A stretch of DNA of 42,829 nt, from IMG/VR virus record IMGVR_UViG_3300008255_000036, positions 1-42,829 of that record. The stretch is one strand, 5' to 3'. A model generated the notes under the pieces. It saw nothing but the letters and a program-made list of their open reading frames with translations. It had not been told where the DNA came from and made no database searches. The position numbers and the translations under genes were made by a program. Within the stretch, counting starts at the first letter, position 1. Each line of letters begins with the position of its first letter. The DNA comes from a virus (Duplodnaviria > Caudoviricetes). Positions 9,685 to 16,077 of this stretch are shown here, one piece after another.

Positions 9685-9857
9685 CGACAGGAAAGATGTC
9701 AGGAGCAAGAGTCATTCTCTTGTTCGCGGGCTATACTCGTCTACTAACTGATTGTCATGACGGTCGATCTGTAGAGCCAGGGTATGCAATGCGACGTAAG
9801 TTCGTTGTGTTTCACAGGGGCATCCATGCTGACTATGATGGTTTGGTCAGCGCATAC

Positions 9858-9930
9858 GCGTCGGTGCAAAACGGATAAGCTCTCAGCCTCTAAGCTGAGG
9901 AATATGCAGGTTCGACTCCTGCCCGACGCT
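9858..9930 (+). tRNA. tRNA-Arg(TCT)-derived gene with a 6-nt anticodon loop (CTCTAA)
   Basis: Acceptor GCGTCGG/CCGACGC, T arm GCAGG-TTCGACT-CCTGC, Arg-like GGATA D loop but weak D stem, anticodon stem CTCAGC/GCTGAG. Confidence 0.65.
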
Positions 9931-9937
9931 CAAATAA

Positions 9938-10016
9938 CGATTTCATTCCTGGCGATTCTTGGCATGTCAGCCCCTCCTTCTGACGTTTTGCTGTAGAGTT
10001 GCTGGGAATGAGGTCG
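9938..10016 (+). ncRNA. Long G-U-rich hairpin with C-rich (anti-SD-like) loop
   Basis: 21 contiguous pairs GATTTCATTCCTGGCGATTCT/AGAGTTGCTGGGAATGAGGTC including 6 G-U (indicates plus-strand RNA); apical loop CCCCTCCTT. Confidence 0.6.
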
Positions 10017-10031
10017 GTATGTATCGACCAG

Positions 10032-10176
10032 TTGAAAATAGACACACAGGAACGAAGACCGGCGGGTCAGCCGACACCAAACGCTTGTGGCGATTTGGAC
10101 CGCAACATGGCGAATAGCTGTACAACCATGTTCATAGGGGAATTGTACATCCCGGTTCCTGTGCGTGTATTTTCAA
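10032..10176 (+). ncRNA. Multi-branched structured RNA with candidate kissing loops
   Basis: 22-bp closing stem with 2 mismatches enclosing four hairpins; loops TGTACAA (10119-10125) and TTGTACA (10143-10149) are complementary. Confidence 0.55.
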
Positions 10177-10190
10177 TACAGCAATAAAAA

Positions 10191-10466
10191 TATAGGGGAA
10201 AATAAAGTCTCCCCGGTGTTCCAACGACGGACCGACGCGCATGTGCGCCAGGTGAAGATGGAATTACTCAACCCTCGCGAGTGTGGAAATGAATCGGCCA
10301 CCATTAGTAAGCGGGGCTCTCCGATACCTCTGGTAGTAATAACGACCTGAAAGGGGGAAACGGATCAAGAGTTAAGTTTCAGGGGCCTTCCCGGTTGCAA
10401 TACCGGGACGGGTACGAGAATGGGCGAGTAGCCATGATTCCGAGTGTTTTCTGCCCCCGACCTATA
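10191..10466 (+). ncRNA. Putative large structured RNA domain
   Basis: Ends pair (TATAGG/CCTATA, GGAAAATA/TGTTTTCT); internal hairpins such as CCCGGT-TGCAAT-ACCGGG; no credible ORF. Confidence 0.4.
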
Positions 10467-10486
10467 CAGGAAGGGCATCGGACAAA

Positions 10487-10518
10487 CCAAAAACCCCGCG
10501 TAAGCAGGGTTCTCGGTG
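10487..10518. terminator. Possible intrinsic terminator between the convergent RNA units
   Basis: AACCCCGC-GTAA-GCAGGGTT hairpin preceded by an A-run (U-tail on the minus strand). Confidence 0.4.
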
Positions 10519-10672
10519 AATCTTATGCCGTTTTTCTTCGGCAAGGTAGTTTTTCCAGTAGGAACATGGCCGTACGATCTTTACAACAGGAACGAAGTAA
10601 CGAAGAGACGATAGCTCTGGCTCCTCGTGAAAAGTTCCCTTTATTGCATTGTTCGCTTTGACAGTGTTCTTG

Positions 10673-10744
10673 TTCCGGGGAACGGAATCGAACCGCTTTT
10701 CTGTGGGTTATGAATCCACCGAGATGCCATTTCTCCACCCCGAG
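10673..10744 (-). tRNA. Initiator-type tRNA-Met(CAT)
   Basis: CTCGGGG/CCCCGGA with C1:A72 mismatch, loop TTCATAA, stem GTGGA/CCCAC (A-C mismatch next to the loop), T loop TTCGATT. Confidence 0.85.
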
Positions 10745-10754
10745 ATACCTTCGT

Positions 10755-10784
10755 ATTATACAATAGAACAAGAACATTTGTCAA
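10755..10784 (-). promoter_or_regulatory. Consensus sigma70 promoter for tRNA-Met
   Basis: TTGACA-N18-TATAAT 10 nt upstream of the tRNA; perfect DnaA box TTATCCACA at 10798-10806. Confidence 0.8.
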
Positions 10785-10813
10785 CAATAATCACACCTTA
10801 TCCACAACCCCAT

Positions 10814-11047
10814 ATGATCAGAATACTCATAACGCGGGCGGAAAATTGGTACCGGGTGGAAAGCTCAGATGGACAAACCGTGGACCACTTTGATTTTATC
10901 AAAGGTCCCAGGGGGTCCGTGCGCGCTCTGTGGCGCTTGATGAAGCTCATTATGCACATCGAGTCGTCTTACGCTCTCATCGCTCAGAGAGGCCCTGAAA
11001 TGAAAGCCTCCAGTGATCCTGAGACTCATCCCCACCCCCCAAAATAA
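10814..11047 (+). CDS. Hypothetical protein (77 aa)
   Basis: CATATG start as in other genes; MIRILITRAENWYRVESSDG... Confidence 0.45.
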   Translation: MIRILITRAENWYRVESSDGQTVDHFDFIKGPRGSVRALWRLMKLIMHIESSYALIAQRGPEMKASSDPETHPHPPK

Positions 11048-11156
11048 ACCGGTACTTCAAAATAGGGGTGCCTCATAACGGGGTACCCTTTCCCGTCCCC
11101 CCCCTGTTCTTACCCCTAATTATCAACCATTTGAAACGCTATTCGTACTTGCTACC

Positions 11157-11860
11157 TATAGTGTTTTTTGTTGCCTACCAGGAAGTGTCAAAAGAAGTGC
11201 CGGGAAGTGTTGATATGAAGTGTTCAAACGGTGTATTGCCCCTAGTGTCTACACCGTGTCCAGGTCACTGTGTAAAACATAGTGTCTACAATGCGTCCGC
11301 AGGACAAGGTGTCCCACCGTGTAAACATAGTTCCCCCGACACCGTGTGCACCGTGAAACATAGTGTTCTGCCCCGTAGGGGCACCATGTAAAAATACCCT
11401 GTGATTGTGAGGGTTAATCCGTAGATTAACTTGATCAACAAAGTGATACCCCTTACCTTCTTTCTCAATTTCTAGGTTTTAAGTCTTGTACCTTCGGGCT
11501 CTTGAGCAGAGTGTTTGACACGGTGGGACACAGTCCCCCTGCTTCGCGGGGGATGACAACGTGTACAATTTGTATACACCATGTATCAACACTATGTATA
11601 CACTATGCAAGCGATACTGTGTACTACACTATGTATATACACTATGTATATACACTATGTGTATACAGTGGTATGAACACTAGCACGCGCTTCGCTTGGA
11701 ACACAATAGAGCGCCCTGTCGGGCGCATCAATCATGGGGCTCACGCCCCAACAAAATGGAGCGCTTCGCGCACACTTTGACCCGCGCTACCGCGCGGGGA
11801 CACGGTGTGGACACTATGATGGGGACAGTGTTTGGCACAATGTTTCACATGAAACACAAT
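11157..11860. repeat. Symmetric array of short repeats (CATAGTGT-like on the left, ACACTATG on the right); candidate genome-end/packaging site or origin
   Basis: CATAGTGT at 11278 and 11359, variants at 11157, 11241, 11326 and GAAGTG x4; reverse complement ACACTATG at 11589, 11600, 11626, 11639, 11652, 11811. Confidence 0.75.
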
Positions 11861-11974
11861 GCCCGTGGCGCCCGTGCGGGGGCTGGTGATAGCCTGTGTG
11901 CTCGCTTTGGCTCGCGACTGTGGCACGCGCCATATTAATCTATTCTTTAACCCTGGAATGCAGACGGGGGGGCT

Positions 11975-12086
11975 TGCTTTCTACATCTCCCGAGGGAGCC
12001 CAACATCTGAGGCTTCGAGAGGGGCTTTTGTTCGTGCTTTCTACACGTTCGAGGTAGCCCGCGGGGCTGGTGGCTTCGAGGGGGGC
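11975..12086 (+). repeat. Degenerate tandem repeat with ~60-nt period
   Basis: TGCTTTCTACA...CGAGG.AGCCC...GGCTTCGAG.GGGG at 11975 and 12035. Confidence 0.6.
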
Positions 12087-12142
12087 GGGGATTGAGTGGC
12101 TTTTGTGTAGTATAATGTTAATAACAATATACTATTGTATAC

Positions 12143-12188
12143 TTATCCACACACTAGGCTTGACAGTATAAGGGATAAGGGATATACT
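12143..12188 (+). promoter_or_regulatory. Strong early promoter with an upstream DnaA box
   Basis: TTATCCACA 12143-12151; TTGACA(12160)-N17-TATACT(12183); flanked by GTTAATAACAATATA at 12117 and 12199. Confidence 0.8.
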
Positions 12189-12220
12189 ATGTATATAAGT
12201 TAATAACAATATATAACAAT

Positions 12221-12400
12221 ATGCGCATAGAATACTACATCAAAAACGTGTACGGCAATGACCATATGTACATCGTTGACCCAGAACAAGCTCACGCCGT
12301 CGGAACGCTCACCAAAAAGAAAACTATTGACCACAACGACATCAAGGCACTCGAGAGACTAGGGCACACACTCGAACGCGTACATGCCCCGATTGACTAA
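12221..12400 (+). CDS. Small early phage protein (59 aa)
   Basis: MRIEYYIKNVYGNDHMYIVDP...KTIDHNDIKALERLGH; first ORF after the promoter; below ORF-track cutoff. Confidence 0.7.
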   Translation: MRIEYYIKNVYGNDHMYIVDPEQAHAVGTLTKKKTIDHNDIKALERLGHTLERVHAPID

Positions 12401-12457
12401 TCACCCCACCTTGCGGAGTATCCGCGAGGCTGGCGAGGAGTCAACCACTTGACCCCC

Positions 12458-12652
12458 ATGTATTCACTCACCTATACGCATATGCAATATCGTATCGGCT
12501 GGCGCCAAAGTAAAAACCTGTACATCAGGTACTTGCAACGCCAAGCAATCAAAAAACGCGTATATATGGCTTTAGGGCTTGCCCTTTTCATTGTCATGTA
12601 TACACTCGCAAGCACAAGCGACGCGCAAATCGTGCAAGCGCTCAATCAATAA
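12458..12652 (+). CDS. Small membrane protein
   Basis: Single hydrophobic helix VYMALGLALFIVMYTLA; start uncertain. Confidence 0.55.
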   Translation: MYSLTYTHMQYRIGWRQSKNLYIRYLQRQAIKKRVYMALGLALFIVMYTLASTSDAQIVQALNQ

Positions 12653-12662
12653 TCTTGCGCCT

Positions 12663-12863
12663 ATGGAAACACAAACCTATACATGCGGAGGCTGTGGACG
12701 TGTCGCGGTGGACTGGAAAGGCAACCCGACCAATGAATGCCCCAAGTGTGAAAAAACCCAATGCGGGGAATGTGGCGAACTATCCAACCACAAAGCCCGC
12801 CAATGCCTAAAATGTGGCTGTGCGGTATGTATACAATGCCCCAACCATGAGGCGACATGCTAA
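12663..12863 (+). CDS. Cys-rich zinc-finger protein (66 aa)
   Basis: Five CxxC motifs; CCTATG start. Confidence 0.7.
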   Translation: METQTYTCGGCGRVAVDWKGNPTNECPKCEKTQCGECGELSNHKARQCLKCGCAVCIQCPNHEATC

Positions 12864-12881
12864 ATCATCAATAATAATCCT

Positions 12882-13076
12882 ATGCCAAAACAAAAAGAGT
12901 ATCGCGTCGGCGTATCATACGAGGCGACGGGCACCATGTTTATCACTGCGGGGAGTATCGAGGAGGCGGAACAAATCGCACTCGATAAGCTGAACGAACA
13001 AGGGGAGGAAATCATCGACATCTTCACGGGCAGAGACTATCAAACAATCGGAACAAGTGAAGTAGAATATATTTAA
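12882..13076 (+). CDS. Small acidic protein, DpnD/PcfM-like (64 aa)
   Basis: YRVGVSYEATGTMFITAGSIEEAEQIA pattern. Confidence 0.55.
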   Translation: MPKQKEYRVGVSYEATGTMFITAGSIEEAEQIALDKLNEQGEEIIDIFTGRDYQTIGTSEVEYI

Positions 13077-13129
13077 TTTAATACGTCCCATGCGCTCACG
13101 CGAGCATATAGGACGAGAGAGGAAACCAT

Positions 13130-13663
13130 ATGAACATCACCACGCAACAACTCGAACAAAAACGCGCCGAGCTTGAACGCGAGCATATCACTTTCAATAT
13201 CGACCGACTCGAGCACTCCATGCTTGACCGACTCGACGATACGGAAAATCACCCAACCATACGCGACGAGGCGATATACTATCTCGATAGTGAACCACTC
13301 GAGGCAATGGATAACGTGTTTTATGAACAAGGACAACGCGAAATACTCGCTGACTTGATACTCGAGACCAAGAAAAAAGCAATCAAGGACAGTATCCCAC
13401 GCATTGAAAACATGGAAAGCCCACGCACCGGGCACCCCGTGGCGAACCAGTACATCATCATGATGGACGGTATGCGCATTTTTCAATCATACAATGCCAT
13501 CATAGCAGTGGAAGACCAAGAGGGAAAAATCACGCTTGACGGGAGATACTGGAACTACTCAAACACAACGAGCAAATATCGCAATGCTTTTCTAAAGGAA
13601 ACCAAAAAGGACACCGAGAAAAAAATCAAAGACGGCACCTATTCACTCGATAACTTAAACTAG
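13130..13663 (+). CDS. Early phage protein (177 aa)
   Basis: C-terminal ANQYII...FQSYNAIIA...WNYSNTTSKYRNAFL motif seen in phage early hypotheticals. Confidence 0.7.
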   Translation: MNITTQQLEQKRAELEREHITFNIDRLEHSMLDRLDDTENHPTIRDEAIYYLDSEPLEAMDNVFYEQGQREILADLILETKKKAIKDSIPRIENMESPRTGHPVANQYIIMMDGMRIFQSYNAIIAVEDQEGKITLDGRYWNYSNTTSKYRNAFLKETKKDTEKKIKDGTYSLDNLN

Positions 13664-13664
13664 T

Positions 13665-13862
13665 ATGACAAGAAGAGTACCCAAAAAAACGTTCACGTTT
13701 GAAATGTACCTTTTAGAGCTACAGCTCACCACACTAGACGAACTAGAGGACATAAAAAATGGAGCAGTCGACGAGGAAGATGAAAAAAACCGTGTATGGA
13801 TTTATTTTGAAGAACATCAAGACGAATACAACGGAGCAGCAGAGCAATATCTCATGTCTTAA
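13665..13862 (+). CDS. Small acidic hypothetical protein (65 aa)
   Basis: Packed ORF with TATG start. Confidence 0.55.
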   Translation: MTRRVPKKTFTFEMYLLELQLTTLDELEDIKNGAVDEEDEKNRVWIYFEEHQDEYNGAAEQYLMS

Positions 13863-13887
13863 TATCAATCATACTCATGATACCTAT

Positions 13888-14313
13888 ATGCAATCAACAA
13901 AATACAAGGAATACATCGACCAAATCACCGAGGAGAACATCGAACAGCAAAAGGCTTTTGCCCTGGCGCAACATCTCCAAATTGAACCCGCGGAAGATGA
14001 AACGCTTGACGACTATCTCGCTCAAATCGTATCAACCGACCACACCCCCGAACTGTTCGAGGCGGACGGAGGGGAATATCTCGTATTGACCGACGACGAG
14101 GCAGAAGAAAAATGGAATGAGGCACTCGATAACTACATAGACGAGTGCATATTTCCCGAATTGCCCGAGTCTTTCCGCTTTTACTTTGACTATGAAAAAT
14201 GGAAAAGCGACGCAAAAATGGACGGGCGCGGGCACTCGCTATCATCCTACGACGGCGAGGAGCACGAGGAACGTATCAATGGTATTGACTTTTATATATA
14301 CCGTGTAAACTAG
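13888..14313 (+). CDS. Highly acidic protein, possible ArdA-like anti-restriction DNA mimic (141 aa)
   Basis: D/E-rich; ELPESFRFYFDYEKWKSDAKMDG resembles the ArdA C-terminal YFDYE motif. Confidence 0.5.
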   Translation: MQSTKYKEYIDQITEENIEQQKAFALAQHLQIEPAEDETLDDYLAQIVSTDHTPELFEADGGEYLVLTDDEAEEKWNEALDNYIDECIFPELPESFRFYFDYEKWKSDAKMDGRGHSLSSYDGEEHEERINGIDFYIYRVN

Positions 14314-14319
14314 CCCCAT

Positions 14320-14532
14320 ATGAAAAAATACAAAGTACAAATCACACAATCACAAAGCTACATCATCGACGTACTCGCGGAGACCCCCGAACAAGCCAAA
14401 AAACTTGCAAGCAAGAAATGGGGGGAAGTGTGCGAAAACGGCACATATCACTATCACGAGGATGAAGACCCCACCACGGAAATCAATCACGTGTTTGACG
14501 TAACCGACACCGACGACCCACACAATCCATAG
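14320..14532 (+). CDS. DpnD/PcfM-like protein (70 aa)
   Basis: MKKYKVQITQSQSYIIDVLAETPEQAKKLA pattern. Confidence 0.6.
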   Translation: MKKYKVQITQSQSYIIDVLAETPEQAKKLASKKWGEVCENGTYHYHEDEDPTTEINHVFDVTDTDDPHNP

Positions 14533-14642
14533 AGTCAAGAAATCGGGAAAGCGTGCGGATAATTCCGCGCTCCCCCCGAGCGCTTGACGCTCAAGCCCTT
14601 TACAATTCACCACAAGCGCGGAGAGAGGAAACATATACCCAT

Positions 14643-15248
14643 ATGAAAACTATCACCACGCAAATCTATACCATCGACGAACTGGCGCCCGACGTACGGG
14701 AGCGAGTCATCGAGGAAAACAGGTATTTCAATGTAGAGCATGACTGGTACACGTTTCTCTATGAGACGTTTATCGAGGAGCGCATGCGACCGCTAGGGTA
14801 TAGCAATATAGATATTGCTTTCACTGGCTTCCACAGCCAAGGGGATGGCGCGAGCTTTACGGCAACGCTCAATATATGCCAATGGCTACGAGCTTACAAC
14901 CTACAAGCGAAATACCAAAAGGCGTACACATACGCCGAAGAATACGGGGAGGAGTCAATCATCGAAATCATCAGGACAAGCTCGTCCTACACACACGAAA
15001 ACACATGCGACGCAGAGCTTGTATGTGATGAACCGAGCATATCCAAATATGACGACAAAGGCAGCAGCGAAATCATGCAACAACTTGACCAAATCCATGC
15101 AATGGTGGAGGCGGAACGCCTTGAACTGTGCAAAGAACTATATAGCCAATTGAAGGAATACTATGAGTATCAAACAGAAGACGAGCAAATACTTGAAAGC
15201 CTACGAGAAAATGATTATGAATATCTAGCCGACGGACGAATATACTAA
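14643..15248 (+). CDS. Acidic early protein of the family often annotated as 'antitoxin of toxin-antitoxin stability system' (201 aa)
   Basis: YTIDEL...FTGFHSQGDGASF...YEYQTEDEQI...NDYEYLADG motifs; flanked by 26-bp inverted repeats. Confidence 0.6.
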   Translation: MKTITTQIYTIDELAPDVRERVIEENRYFNVEHDWYTFLYETFIEERMRPLGYSNIDIAFTGFHSQGDGASFTATLNICQWLRAYNLQAKYQKAYTYAEEYGEESIIEIIRTSSSYTHENTCDAELVCDEPSISKYDDKGSSEIMQQLDQIHAMVEAERLELCKELYSQLKEYYEYQTEDEQILESLRENDYEYLADGRIY

Positions 15249-15324
15249 ATAACTTTAATTATAGCGCTTGTGGTGGACTGCAAGGGGCTCAATCCCTTGA
15301 CCTTTACAAACTAACGACACGCCT

Positions 15325-15450
15325 ATGAGGCACAACATGCCCCAAAGAAACGACAAGCACACGAGCGAGCGCATGCCAACCTGGCTTGTGCTGGTACTGT
15401 TTATCATTGTGGTGGTAGCCTTGTGGCGGAATATGTACAAACTGTACTAA
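15325..15450 (+). CDS. Small membrane peptide (41 aa)
   Basis: CCTATG start; WLVLVLFIIVVVALW helix; below ORF-track cutoff. Confidence 0.45.
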   Translation: MRHNMPQRNDKHTSERMPTWLVLVLFIIVVVALWRNMYKLY

Positions 15451-15746
15451 TCCGCCCAACCGCACGCCCCCCGACGAGGGGGACAGCGCGGGCGCCGGGC
15501 ATTTGTGCAGAGGTAACAGCTCGAGCATGTCGTTCAAAAAAATGGTATTTGGATCGAGTGGTGCAGAGGTAGCAGTTTACCCCTGTAGCACCTGGTCCGG
15601 ACATCCCGGATCAAACTTTTTATCCGTTTCTACATTCTCTATCGTATTGTCTCTTGGAGAGCCCAATACGGGAACGTGATAAAAAAGATATTCCCCCCGG
15701 CGAGGCGTCGCTTGGGGGGTGTATCCTCTCTTGAACATAAGCTCAT

Positions 15747-16076
15747 ATGTCACAAAAAAAGAAATTAGCATACGCGCGGGTCATCGATAAGATCAGACTC
15801 CCTGAAAAACATCATAAAGTGAGGAAACTCACCAGTGCGCAAAAAGAAGAAATCAGGCAACTCTACCAAGAAGGGGAATGGACATACAGAAAACTAGCAG
15901 ATGAGTTTTGTGTATCATATGGAACGATCCAATGCGCTGTAAATCCACAAGCATATCAACAAATGCTTGAAGCAGGTCGGCGTTATCGCGAAACCCATGA
16001 GAAGAAAAAGGTCGACTCAATGGAATTGCGGAGAAGAAAAAAACACCTCATTCTAAAAGGTGAAATAAAATTGTAA
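15747..16076 (+). CDS. Helix-turn-helix DNA-binding protein (109 aa)
   Basis: KLTSAQKEEIRQLY...TYRKLADEFCVSYGTIQCAV. Confidence 0.7.
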   Translation: MSQKKKLAYARVIDKIRLPEKHHKVRKLTSAQKEEIRQLYQEGEWTYRKLADEFCVSYGTIQCAVNPQAYQQMLEAGRRYRETHEKKKVDSMELRRRKKHLILKGEIKL

Positions 16077-16077
16077 T

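Noticed and set aside
9858-9930. Genome-wide stop-codon recoding supported by a CUA tRNA
   Set aside because: Long genes are intact in the standard code, and both TAG (e.g. 2419) and TGA (e.g. 17155) end genes right before or overlapping the next start
9930-10660. RNase P RNA, tmRNA or group I/II intron
   Set aside because: I could not find their conserved signatures (GAGGAAAGUCC, tag reading frame with Ala acceptor, P7 or domain V); an Rfam scan is still needed
11576-11660. CRISPR array
   Set aside because: The units are only 8-13 nt with no 25-45 nt spacers, and there is no cas operon
9203-12095. Most ORF-track ORFs across the tRNA, ncRNA and repeat region
   Set aside because: They overlap tRNAs, hairpins or repeats, use non-ATG starts and have atypical composition; only 9357-9545 and 10814-11047 were kept
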